In this document: positions 9,042 through 17,472 of the stretch, piece after piece
Numbering within the stretch: the stretch's first letter is position 1
Layout of the letters: every line of letters begins with the position of its first letter
DNA from: Spirochaetia bacterium
GTDB lineage: Bacteria; Spirochaetota; Spirochaetia; UBA9216
Assembly (NCBI GenBank): GCA_963677925.2
Contig: CAXXYH010000004.1
Location: 256,001-320,000 of the forward strand
Reading direction: 5' to 3'
DNA length: 64,000 nucleotides
Program-made: the position numbers and the translations under genes
The notes under the pieces: model-generated
Told to the model about the DNA's origin: nothing
What the model saw: only the letters and a program-made list of their open reading frames with translations
The model's database searches: none

Positions 9042-10799
9042 CTACTCCACATCGATGGCGTCAAATTTACAGGTGTCACGGCAGATACCGCATTTAACGC
9101 ATTTTTCAGGATCAATAAAGTGAACACCCTTTCTTTCGCCGCTGATACATTTGGTAGGACAGGCCTTTGCACAGGCTGTACAGCCGATACACTTATCCGC
9201 ATTCACTGTGAACTTGATAAGCGGCTTACATACTCCGGCAGGACATTTCTTGTCGAAGATGTGGGCTTCATACTCATCTCTGAAGTACTTCAGGGTTGTA
9301 AGAACCGGATTCGGCGCAAGCTGCCCCAGACCGCAGAGTGATGTTTTGTTGATATGGCCTGCGAGCTCTTCAAGCAGGGTAATATCACGTTCAACACCCT
9401 TACCCTCGGTAATCCTTGTCAGGATTTCAAGCATCCGCTTGGTGCCGATTCGGCAGAAGGTGCACTTACCGCAGCTTTCCTTCTGGGTAAAATTTAAAAA
9501 GTACCGTGCAACATCCACCATACAGGTCTGGTCATCCATAACAACCATTCCGCCGGAACCCATGATAGCACCGGTAGCGTTAATTGCATCATAGTCGATC
9601 GGAGTATCAAAGAGGCTTTCTGGGATACATCCGCCTGCAGGTCCGCCCATCTGGACAGCCTTTATAGGCCTTCCGGTTGAACTTCCGCCGCCGATTTCTT
9701 CTATTACTTCACGAAGAGTAAGCCCCATCGGTACTTCAACGAGCCCTACTCTTTTAATTTTACCGGCAAGAGCAAAAACCTTTGTTCCGACACTCTTTCC
9801 GTAGGAATATTTGTTAAAAGCAGAAGGTCCCTCACGAAGAATGAAAGGAACGTTCGAATATGTTTCAACATTATTGATGTTAGTAGGCTTCTGATTGATA
9901 CCTGCTTCAGCAGGAAAGGGAGGTCTGAGCGCCGGCATTCCGCGGCGGCCTTCAATCGAAGCCATAAGAGCAGTTTCTTCACCGCAGACAAAGGCTCCTG
10001 CACCTTCCTTAACCTTGAGATGGAAGGAAAAGTCTGTTCCAAGGATGTTATCACCCATCAGGTTCTTCGCTTCAGCATCCTTGATCGCAATTTTAAGCCT
10101 CTTGATTGCAAGCGGATATTCAGCACGGCAGTAAACGTAACCGTAGCTTGCGCCTGTTGAGTAGGCGGCAATCAGCATACCCTCGATTACTGCATGCGGG
10201 TCGCCTTCAAGTACAGCACGATCCATGAACGCACCGGGGTCTCCCTCATCAGCATTGCAGACAAGGTATTTGGGCTCATTCTTTGCGCCGGCAAGAAATG
10301 ACCACTTAAGCCCGGTAGTAAAACCTGCACCGCCGCGGCCTCTCAGGCCTGATTCCTTGACAGCTTCGATAACCTCCGCCGGCTTCATGGTTTTAACGCA
10401 CTTTTCAATTGCAGAATAACCGCCTGCAGCAATGTAGTCATCAATGCTTTCGGGATTAATAACACCGCAGTTTTTAAGCGCGATTTTTACCTGACGATCC
10501 AGATATTTTTTACCTGTTTCATCCTCTTTAATCCTGTTTTCAACAGGAAGATCTTCAAAATTATTTTTTACAGCCTCGATAAGCCTTTCTGTAAATTTTG
10601 AATCAACATTACCGTACATAATCCGTTCGGTACCATTGTCCAGTTCTACTATCGGCTCAGCGTAGCACATTCCTACACATGAAGTAACACTGAGTTCTGT
10701 ACTCAGTTCAGCCTTTTCAAGCTGCTCATATACAGCCTTCGCACCTGCAGCAATACCGCAGGAACCCATTCCTACAATTACCCTGCTGTTATTTACCAT
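9042..10799 (-). CDS. NuoF/HydB-like NADH-binding flavoprotein subunit
   Basis: N-terminal [2Fe-2S] (GSCGIAAGA..SCVGMCYAEP), GRGGAGF, CNADEGDPGAFMDR, GAGAFVCGEETAL, ESCGKCTFCRIG, C-terminal 2x[4Fe-4S]. Start placed at ATG 10799 (ORF track starts at 10814). Confidence 0.92.
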   Translation of the reverse strand: MVNNSRVIVGMGSCGIAAGAKAVYEQLEKAELSTELSVTSCVGMCYAEPIVELDNGTERIMYGNVDSKFTERLIEAVKNNFEDLPVENRIKEDETGKKYLDRQVKIALKNCGVINPESIDDYIAAGGYSAIEKCVKTMKPAEVIEAVKESGLRGRGGAGFTTGLKWSFLAGAKNEPKYLVCNADEGDPGAFMDRAVLEGDPHAVIEGMLIAAYSTGASYGYVYCRAEYPLAIKRLKIAIKDAEAKNLMGDNILGTDFSFHLKVKEGAGAFVCGEETALMASIEGRRGMPALRPPFPAEAGINQKPTNINNVETYSNVPFILREGPSAFNKYSYGKSVGTKVFALAGKIKRVGLVEVPMGLTLREVIEEIGGGSSTGRPIKAVQMGGPAGGCIPESLFDTPIDYDAINATGAIMGSGGMVVMDDQTCMVDVARYFLNFTQKESCGKCTFCRIGTKRMLEILTRITEGKGVERDITLLEELAGHINKTSLCGLGQLAPNPVLTTLKYFRDEYEAHIFDKKCPAGVCKPLIKFTVNADKCIGCTACAKACPTKCISGERKGVHFIDPEKCVKCGICRDTCKFDAIDVE

Positions 10800-11274
10800 T
10801 GGCGTATTCCTCAAGAATTTTTGTCATTTTCGCGGGTGTGAGCTTTCCGTAGATGTTGTCGTTTATCATAACGACCGGTGCAAGCGAACAGCATCCCAGA
10901 CAGGCTACTGATTCTACAGTGAACATGCCGTCTTCTGTAGTTTCACCCTCATCTACTTTGAGATTTTCAGTGATAATGGAAAACACCTTTTCGGCTCCTG
11001 CAACATGACAGGCAGTCCCTTTACATACTTTCACGAGATATTTACCCATTGGTGTAAAACGGAACTGTGAGTAAAAAGTTGCGACTCCATAGAGCCTTGA
11101 AACAGGAAGATTAACTTCCGCAGCTACAGCTTCCACAAGTTCCTGTGAAAGATAACCATGCCGGACCTGAATTTCCTGTAAAAGAGGAATGACCTTCTCC
11201 GGTTCAGAACCGACTTTCTGGACGATTTCGCGGGCTTCCTCTACGATTGCGTTTCCGCAGTCAGCACAAGACAT
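10789..11274 (-). CDS. NuoE/HydC-like [2Fe-2S] subunit
   Basis: GVATFYSQF, CKGTACHV, CLGCCSLAP; GGAGG RBS upstream. Confidence 0.93.
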   Translation of the reverse strand: MSCADCGNAIVEEAREIVQKVGSEPEKVIPLLQEIQVRHGYLSQELVEAVAAEVNLPVSRLYGVATFYSQFRFTPMGKYLVKVCKGTACHVAGAEKVFSIITENLKVDEGETTEDGMFTVESVACLGCCSLAPVVMINDNIYGKLTPAKMTKILEEYANGK

Positions 11275-11397
11275 ATGCCCTCCTTTCTCTTAGATATAAT
11301 ATTTGGGGACTGGTTAGTGTACCGTAACTATATAAAAGTTTCAAATTTTATTCTATAATTGAGACATGGAAAATAAAAACATTAATATGGATATAAA

Positions 11398-12426
11398 ATG
11401 AAGGAATCTATAGCAATTCTATGGGATATTGAGAATGTTACCCCGCGTTCTGACTCACTTTTTGTGAACGGACTAATCGAATATGCAAACGACATAGGAA
11501 AGGTTTCGGTAGCCACAGCCTACGGCGACTGGGCAAGACCCCAGATAAGAAAAACCTCCGAGGCCCTGGCCGAGCACTCCTTTGAAATGGTCCATGTTCC
11601 AACCAACAAGAAACAGAAAAACAGTGCTGATATGGCACTGAGCACTCATGCTGTGGAGCTCATCTATCAGTACCCTCATATAAGAAAACTGATACTGGTA
11701 ACAGGTGATGCGGATTTCAGACCGCTGCTTCAGAGCCTTCGAAAGCATGGTATTGAAACAATAATTATCTGTGATTCCCAGTCTGCAAGTGAAGATCTGC
11801 TGCTGCTTGCAGATGAGTACAAGGACTTCCGCGACCTCATTCCGGATCCTGATGAGGATTATCATGATACCAGCAGCACAAGCGCCGAAGTTGAGAAACA
11901 CGCTATCAGCCTTCCCGAGGCAGTAAACCTTCTTAAGGAAGCAATAGTACTGATGAACCGCCGGAAAAAGCTCACAACGATGGGCGCAGTGAAAATCAGG
12001 ATGAAACTGCTCAACGATACCTTTGATGAAAACCGGCTTGGTTTCAGATCCTGGAAGAAGTTCATCCTTTTTGCAGAACAGCAGAAGGCCATTGAGCTTG
12101 AGCATACCGAGAATGACGTAATCCTGCGCCTGCCCGAATCGGACAGTAAAGAGGTTGAGAAACAGGGCGTTCGCCTGCCTCAGATAATGTACAACATGCT
12201 CAAGGCAATTCGTGAAAGCAGTCAGAAATCGGGCAAATCGCTTATACCCTTCTCTACCGTAAATAACCGCATGCTCGAACAGAATATAGACATCAAGAAA
12301 TCAGGATATTCCCAGATGAAAAAGCTTGTACAGGATGCGGAAAAGCGCGGCCTGGTCAGGGCAGAGAACCAGGGTAAATTCTGGTATGTTGAGATGACAG
12401 ATGACGGAGACGCCTACTTCCGGTAG
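11398..12426 (+). CDS. NYN-domain protein with C-terminal OST-HTH/LOTUS-like repeats
   Basis: AILWDIEN, AYGDW, KNSAD, LVTGDADFRPL NYN motifs; FDENRLGFRSWKKF and DIKKSGYSQMKKL LOTUS-like motifs. Confidence 0.85.
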   Translation: MKESIAILWDIENVTPRSDSLFVNGLIEYANDIGKVSVATAYGDWARPQIRKTSEALAEHSFEMVHVPTNKKQKNSADMALSTHAVELIYQYPHIRKLILVTGDADFRPLLQSLRKHGIETIIICDSQSASEDLLLLADEYKDFRDLIPDPDEDYHDTSSTSAEVEKHAISLPEAVNLLKEAIVLMNRRKKLTTMGAVKIRMKLLNDTFDENRLGFRSWKKFILFAEQQKAIELEHTENDVILRLPESDSKEVEKQGVRLPQIMYNMLKAIRESSQKSGKSLIPFSTVNNRMLEQNIDIKKSGYSQMKKLVQDAEKRGLVRAENQGKFWYVEMTDDGDAYFR

Positions 12427-12438
12427 GCGTTTTCAGGC

Positions 12439-13464
12439 TTAGAAGATAATATTCTGCTCCTGCACAGCCCGTTTAATCTGGTCGTGCTGGGTGTTCAGAT
12501 CTTCAATTTCCTTCTGCCAGAAGGCCCGGCTTCCCCAGTCGGGAAAATGCTGCTGAAACTTGTAGTCATGGCGCTGCGAACCGCACCAGCAGAGAAAGTA
12601 GATCATCCGCATTGCGCGCAGAGGTTCAATCAGCATAAGGGTTTCGGTGTTGAAGGACCGGAACTCACGGTAGCCTTCGAGGATAAGGGCTATTTCTTTT
12701 CCTGAGTCGGAGGCATGATCAGGAAGCAGAAGCCAGAGGTCCTGGACCGGAAGCGACATGGACATATCATCAAAATCTATCACCATCAGTCCTTCTCCGG
12801 GCCGTTCGAGAAGGTTGCCGCTGTGAAAATCACCGTGAACACGAATGAGTTCATCGTTTCCGTATTCGCCGAAGAGATTATCCACCGATTCCTGTATTCT
12901 GGTAATGGTGGACTTCAGATCAGTATACAATTCCTGCGGAACCCAGTCTGAACAAAGCAGTTTATTCACATCGGCAGCAAAGCCTTCTGAAGCCGTAAGG
13001 GTAATACGGTTTTTTGCCTTCCGTTCCGCCCCGGCATTGTGTATTCTGGCAAGAAGTGCGCCTACCCTGCCCCAGGCCTCATCATCAGAGGACTCCCAGA
13101 GACGGCCCCCCTTGCGGGGAAATACAGCAAAAGGCATTCCTTCAATGCGCCCAAGTGTAGGAGCTGATGACTCATCACCCTCGTCAACCAGACCTGTAAG
13201 CCTCAGCGGGGCTGCGACGGGGATATCAGATTCGGCACAGTCCAGGATAAAGCGGTGCTCTTCGAGTATAGCCTTATCGGACCAGCGGCCGGGACGGTAG
13301 AATTTTACTATATAGTAGTCGCCATCATCATCCTTCAGTTCAAAGACACGGTTGATGTAGCTGGGCATAGGCTGGGTGTAGCCGGTAAGATCGATATCAA
13401 GTCCTGCTTCAACAGCATCAATCACGAGATCGGGTGAAAGGTTTTCAAATTCTGATTTGTTCAT
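12439..13464 (-). CDS. srkA: Stress-response Ser/Thr kinase, SrkA/RdoA (YihE) family
   Basis: SYINRV, KFYRPGRWS..AILEEH, HGDFHSGN, IDFDD, QDLWLLL, IEPLRAMRMI. Confidence 0.92.
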   Translation of the reverse strand: MNKSEFENLSPDLVIDAVEAGLDIDLTGYTQPMPSYINRVFELKDDDGDYYIVKFYRPGRWSDKAILEEHRFILDCAESDIPVAAPLRLTGLVDEGDESSAPTLGRIEGMPFAVFPRKGGRLWESSDDEAWGRVGALLARIHNAGAERKAKNRITLTASEGFAADVNKLLCSDWVPQELYTDLKSTITRIQESVDNLFGEYGNDELIRVHGDFHSGNLLERPGEGLMVIDFDDMSMSLPVQDLWLLLPDHASDSGKEIALILEGYREFRSFNTETLMLIEPLRAMRMIYFLCWCGSQRHDYKFQQHFPDWGSRAFWQKEIEDLNTQHDQIKRAVQEQNIIF

Positions 13465-13511
13465 ACAGAAACAAGATAATAATTTGCAGGTTTGTTATCA
13501 AGCGTAAAGCC

Positions 13512-14711
13512 TCATGCGTTGAATTTAATGGTGCAGGAGGTTCCTCCATCATTAACGAGAGAAACTTCACCCTCGAGCTGATTCACCATCATATCAATCA
13601 GAAATAATCCGAAGCCGGACTTCTTCCCGGAAATATAATCGTCAGAAAGGCCCAAGCCGTTATCTCTGATCTTTAAAATGACTTTATCATCAATTTGACG
13701 CAGGCTCAGTTCTATATGTCCTGAATCTCTTCCGGTGAAAGCATATTTCATAGCATTTGTTATCAGCTCATTTACAATAATCCCGATAAGAAACAGTTTT
13801 TTCACATCCATAGTGAAATCGTCTATATGTTTTTCGAGTCTTACGTGATCAGTATCGGAAAAAATTTCCATAACGGCCTGCAGCAGATCTTCAAGATATT
13901 CCCTGACCGAGACCTCGCTGAAACTTTCATTAAGCAGCATCTTTTCATACAGCTTGCCCATACTCTCAACCCTGCCGATTGCGTCATAAAGTGCAGCCTT
14001 TCCTCCTCCCTCCGGCATATTATTTGCCTGAAGGCCCAGGAGGGTTTCCATGTATACAAAATTATTCTTTATCCGGTGATGAACCTCACGCAGAATGATT
14101 TCCTTCTGCTCAAGCTGCTGTCTTATTATTTCCTCATCTTCCTTCACTTTCAGACGGGCCTGCTCATGAGCAGAAGATTCCTTTGCAAGCTGTATGTTGG
14201 AATAGCTTAGATCTGAAACGAGTTTGAAAAACCTGACAAGGAAGGACATCAGATCATCAACATACTCTCTGCTGTACCTCGGAACCCTGTGTAATGCGTC
14301 AAGATAGGAATCTCTGTCAAAACCGAAATCTTCCGCCTGCCTGATAAAGAAATCCTCATCTACAACATCATTTTCATAAAAAAACTGACCCGTAAAAATG
14401 TTTCCTATGTGTTTTCCGCCAATATGCAGCGGTGTCACAACATCCCAGAGACCGTTTTTACATTTATACGACGCAACTTCGCCCGGTTTGATTCTGCTGG
14501 ACAGATTAAGATCACTTTCGATACAGTTTTTTGCTGATTTTTCATTAACCCTGTGAAACTTTGTGCATATATCCTGCCACCCGGTTGCAACAAGAATATT
14601 TCCTTTTATATCCAGAAGTGCAGAAACCATACCTGTAAATTTGTAAAGAAGTTCCATAACCGACTGAATTTCTTCGCGGTTTATTATTTCATTGAGGTTG
14701 ATTTCATCCAT
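13512..14711 (-). CDS. PocR-sensor histidine kinase (HisKA_2 type)
   Basis: GWQDICTKFHR..C..YKCKNGLWD..P..GQFF PocR motif; REVHHRIKNN, NELITNAMKYAF, DNGLG, GFGL. Confidence 0.92.
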   Translation of the reverse strand: MDEINLNEIINREEIQSVMELLYKFTGMVSALLDIKGNILVATGWQDICTKFHRVNEKSAKNCIESDLNLSSRIKPGEVASYKCKNGLWDVVTPLHIGGKHIGNIFTGQFFYENDVVDEDFFIRQAEDFGFDRDSYLDALHRVPRYSREYVDDLMSFLVRFFKLVSDLSYSNIQLAKESSAHEQARLKVKEDEEIIRQQLEQKEIILREVHHRIKNNFVYMETLLGLQANNMPEGGGKAALYDAIGRVESMGKLYEKMLLNESFSEVSVREYLEDLLQAVMEIFSDTDHVRLEKHIDDFTMDVKKLFLIGIIVNELITNAMKYAFTGRDSGHIELSLRQIDDKVILKIRDNGLGLSDDYISGKKSGFGLFLIDMMVNQLEGEVSLVNDGGTSCTIKFNA

Positions 14712-14788
14712 AATAACTAAAATGATAAGGTATTTTCATCTCAGATCAAATAGAAACCATAGTTTTTAGTTATTTCGGTAAAATATTA

Positions 14789-14817
14789 TTGACATTATAT
14801 AGAACTTATTATATATT
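14789..14817 (+). promoter_or_regulatory. Sigma70-type promoter for the MarR cluster
   Basis: TTGACA (14789-14794), 17 nt spacer, TATATT (14812-14817). Confidence 0.7.
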
Positions 14818-14824
14818 ACTTAAA

Positions 14825-14850
14825 GCAAATGTTGCTAAGCGCAAATATTT
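14825..14850. promoter_or_regulatory. Candidate MarR operator
   Basis: GCAA-atg-TTGC-taagc-GCAA overlapping inverted repeats (TTGC 14832-14835 / GCAA 14841-14844) just downstream of the -10 box. Confidence 0.45.
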
Positions 14851-14864
14851 CATTATAATTACTA

Positions 14865-15272
14865 TTGGAGAGCATTTTGATCGACCAGATACTTGAGTTG
14901 AAAAAAAAGTGTAATTTCGACCGCGAAATAGGAGAGGCTTTAAACCTTAAGGATAAGGAAATCTCTGCCATCGCCGCCATTGCTGAATGCAGTGAACTTA
15001 CATCAAAAGAAGTATCAGATCAGATATCACTGTCACCCTCAAGAGGAAGCAGGGTGATAACCGGCCTTATGGAAAAGGGCCTTGTTGAACTAAACCACAA
15101 CAGTGACGACAGAAGGGTTATCAATATCACACTTACCCGGGCCGGAGAAGCATGCTACTTAAATATGGTGGAAGAAATAAAAAAATGCGAACGGCGCCTT
15201 ACAGAGAATCTTACTGAACAGGAAAAACTGATTATTTCAGAAGGCCTGCAGATATTACTTAAAACTATATAG
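14865..15272 (+). CDS. MarR family transcriptional regulator
   Basis: LSPSRGSRVITGLMEKGLV...DDRRVINITLTRAG winged-helix motif; four Cys. The start may be TTG 14877 (GGAG at 14867-14870). Confidence 0.9.
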   Translation: MESILIDQILELKKKCNFDREIGEALNLKDKEISAIAAIAECSELTSKEVSDQISLSPSRGSRVITGLMEKGLVELNHNSDDRRVINITLTRAGEACYLNMVEEIKKCERRLTENLTEQEKLIISEGLQILLKTI

Positions 15273-15280
15273 GAGAGAAG

Positions 15281-15943
15281 ATGGCTGAGACAAAAACTTC
15301 AAACGCAATAAATATAAGGTATTCCGATCTGGCGGAAACAAGCTGCTGCCTTTCATGCGGCGGTGCCGTAAACCACAGCAAGGCTAAAACCGGTGAGGTA
15401 TGTGTAGACCTTGGAAGCGGAAGAGGTACCGACGTCCTCAGGCTTGCGGAAGATGTAGGGGAAACAGGGTTTGTATACGGCATCGATCTTTCAGACGGAA
15501 TGATCCGAAAGGCTGAAAAAACCGCAGAAAGGCTCGGTGTTAAAAACGTAAAATTTGAGCAGGCGGATCTTGAAGCTCTACCGGTTGAAGATTCTACAGT
15601 GAATCTGGTTATCTCAAACTGTGTAATAAATCATGCTGAAAACAAGCAGAATGTATGGAACGAAGTTTACAGAATTCTGAAAAAGGGCGGACGCTTTGTT
15701 GTAAGCGATATCTATTCGAGTGCACCAGTTCCTGAAGAATACAAGAATGATCCTGAAGCAGTTGCTGAGTGCTGGGCGGGTTCTGTAACCCGGGAAGTAT
15801 ACCTGAATCAGCTGGCAGCAGCAGGATTTAAGGATGTAGAGATTCTTGAAGAAAGCAATCCCTACCCCAAGGGCAAAATCGAAGTTAGCAGCTGGACCAT
15901 CCTGGGCAAAAAACCGGGTGGCTGCAGCTGTAACAATATTTAA
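15281..15943 (+). CDS. ArsM-like (arsenite methyltransferase family) SAM-dependent methyltransferase
   Basis: CCLSCG, VDLGSGRG, YGIDLS, LVISNCVIN, RILKKGGRFVVSD, AECWAGS and a C-terminal CSC. The Cys positions match ArsM motifs. AGGAG RBS. Confidence 0.82.
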   Translation: MAETKTSNAINIRYSDLAETSCCLSCGGAVNHSKAKTGEVCVDLGSGRGTDVLRLAEDVGETGFVYGIDLSDGMIRKAEKTAERLGVKNVKFEQADLEALPVEDSTVNLVISNCVINHAENKQNVWNEVYRILKKGGRFVVSDIYSSAPVPEEYKNDPEAVAECWAGSVTREVYLNQLAAAGFKDVEILEESNPYPKGKIEVSSWTILGKKPGGCSCNNI

Positions 15944-15954
15944 AGGAGTGGTAG

Positions 15955-16050
15955 ATGAAATCACTTATCAAGAAGAAACCGGAAGGCAAAAAAGAAGTAG
16001 CTCAGTGCTGCGCTAAGCTTTCCAAAGTTGTGGCCGGCTGCCACGATTAA
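15955..16050 (+). CDS. 31-aa Cys-containing peptide, putative RiPP precursor (MKSLIKKKPEGKKEVAQCCAKLSKVVAGCHD)
   Basis: AGGAG at 15944-15948, ATG at 15955, TAA at 16048-16050. Lys-rich N-half and CC...C C-half. Sits between the methyltransferase and the rSAM/SPASM gene and is followed by a stem-loop. Below the ORF-track length cutoff. Confidence 0.85.
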   Translation: MKSLIKKKPEGKKEVAQCCAKLSKVVAGCHD

Positions 16051-16057
16051 TCCTTTA

Positions 16058-16088
16058 CCGGAACGGAGGGTTTAATCCTCCGTTCCGG
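16058..16088 (+). terminator. Intra-operon stem-loop after the peptide gene (mRNA stabiliser or partial terminator)
   Basis: Perfect 12-bp stem ccggaacggagg / cctccgttccgg with a 7-nt loop. The T-run starts about 14 nt later rather than immediately. Confidence 0.75.
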
Positions 16089-16113
16089 ATCCTAACAGGG
16101 GCTTTTTTAATTT

Positions 16114-17436
16114 ATGGAATATACATTATCTAAACATAATATTATCGGGAAACTTGCGGACTCTGAAAACTGGTACATAGTAAATCCTTTAAGCAGAAAC
16201 GCCGACATAATTACTTCAGAAACTGCGGATACTTTGACCAATGGATCCTACACCAATGCAGATGAACTTCTGGAAAAGGGATATATCGTTGACGCGGCAG
16301 CAGAAGATAAGACATTCAAGGCTGAATACCTGAGTTTTATCGACAACCGTGAAACTGATGAAATTCAGATTTTTTATGTGCCGACCTACGCGTGCAATTT
16401 TGCATGTTCATACTGCTATCAGGAAGGTTATTCCCATGATAAGAATGAAAAGCCGCTGGAAGTAATCGACGCATTTTTCAGCTACATCGATAAGGAATTC
16501 GCCGGACGTAGAAAGTACATAACTGTTTTCGGCGGCGAACCGATGCTGCCGGACCCGCTGACCCGGGAAAAAATCGGTCATATAATCAAGAATGCCAATG
16601 ACAGAAATCTGTCTCTTGCATTTGTAACCAACGGCTATACGCTTGAATCCTACGTTCCAATGCTGCAGATGGCAAGCATACGGGAAGTACAGGTTACCCT
16701 TGACGGACCGGCTGAAGTGCATGATAAGCGCAGAATGCTAAGAGGCGGTAAGGGCACTTTCAGTGAAATTGCCGACGGAATAAATGCAGCGCTTAGAGCA
16801 GACATTCCTATAAACCTGAGGGCGGTAATAGACAGGGATAATCTTCCATCACTGCCGGCACTTGCAGAGTTTGCAGTATCACAGGGCTGGACTAATAACA
16901 AACTTTTTAAAACACAGCTTGGCCGAAATTATGAACTGCACTACTGCCAGGCTGATGAGAACAGGCTTTACGACAGACTGACGATGTATGCAGATCTGTA
17001 TGAGCTTATAAAGAAAAATCCGGTGATAATGCAGTTTCACCGTCCGGCATATTCGATTTCAAGATTTCTGTTTGACAACGGAGAGATGCCTGAACCGCTG
17101 TTTGACTCATGTCCGGGCTGTAAAACCGAGTGGGCCTTTGACTACACCGGTAACATTTATTCCTGCACAGCCACAGTAGGAAAGAGCGGTGAAGAACTTG
17201 GAACTTTTTATCCTTCAGTTACAAGGAAGGAAGAAATAATTGAAGAATGGCAGGAGCGCGATGTTACAGCAATAAGTGAATGCGCCGACTGTTCACTCAA
17301 GCTGGCATGCGGCGGAGGCTGTGCTTCCGTAGCAAAGAACAAATCCGGCAGGATTTGCTCCCCGGACTGCCGACCGGTAGACGGACTTTTATCATACGGA
17401 CTTTCACTTTACTTCGGAGAGGAAGCGGAAGCCTAA
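16114..17436 (+). CDS. Radical SAM / SPASM domain peptide maturase
   Basis: CNFACSYC (CxxxCxxC), FGGEP, TNG, QVTLDG..VHDKRR; SPASM C..GNIYSC and CADCSLKLACGGGC...C; ~80-aa N-terminal extension of RRE-like character. Confidence 0.92.
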   Translation: MEYTLSKHNIIGKLADSENWYIVNPLSRNADIITSETADTLTNGSYTNADELLEKGYIVDAAAEDKTFKAEYLSFIDNRETDEIQIFYVPTYACNFACSYCYQEGYSHDKNEKPLEVIDAFFSYIDKEFAGRRKYITVFGGEPMLPDPLTREKIGHIIKNANDRNLSLAFVTNGYTLESYVPMLQMASIREVQVTLDGPAEVHDKRRMLRGGKGTFSEIADGINAALRADIPINLRAVIDRDNLPSLPALAEFAVSQGWTNNKLFKTQLGRNYELHYCQADENRLYDRLTMYADLYELIKKNPVIMQFHRPAYSISRFLFDNGEMPEPLFDSCPGCKTEWAFDYTGNIYSCTATVGKSGEELGTFYPSVTRKEEIIEEWQERDVTAISECADCSLKLACGGGCASVAKNKSGRICSPDCRPVDGLLSYGLSLYFGEEAEA

Positions 17437-17472
17437 ATTTGAAAATAATTAACCACACTAAAGGAGTTGGAT

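Noticed and set aside
6985-11274. Trimeric [FeFe]-hydrogenase or formate dehydrogenase
   Set aside because: The large subunit has no H-cluster motifs (TSCCP, MPC, EVMACPGGC) and no molybdopterin domain.
15901-15990. Similarity between the methyltransferase C-terminus (KKPGG) and the peptide (KKPEG), suggesting duplication
   Set aside because: The match is too short, and a terminal KP motif is normal for ArsM-family proteins.
15955-16050. SCIFF, PqqA or mycofactocin precursor; selenocysteine recoding via the downstream hairpin
   Set aside because: Wrong Cys count and none of those signature motifs. The stop is TAA, not TGA, so the hairpin is not a SECIS.
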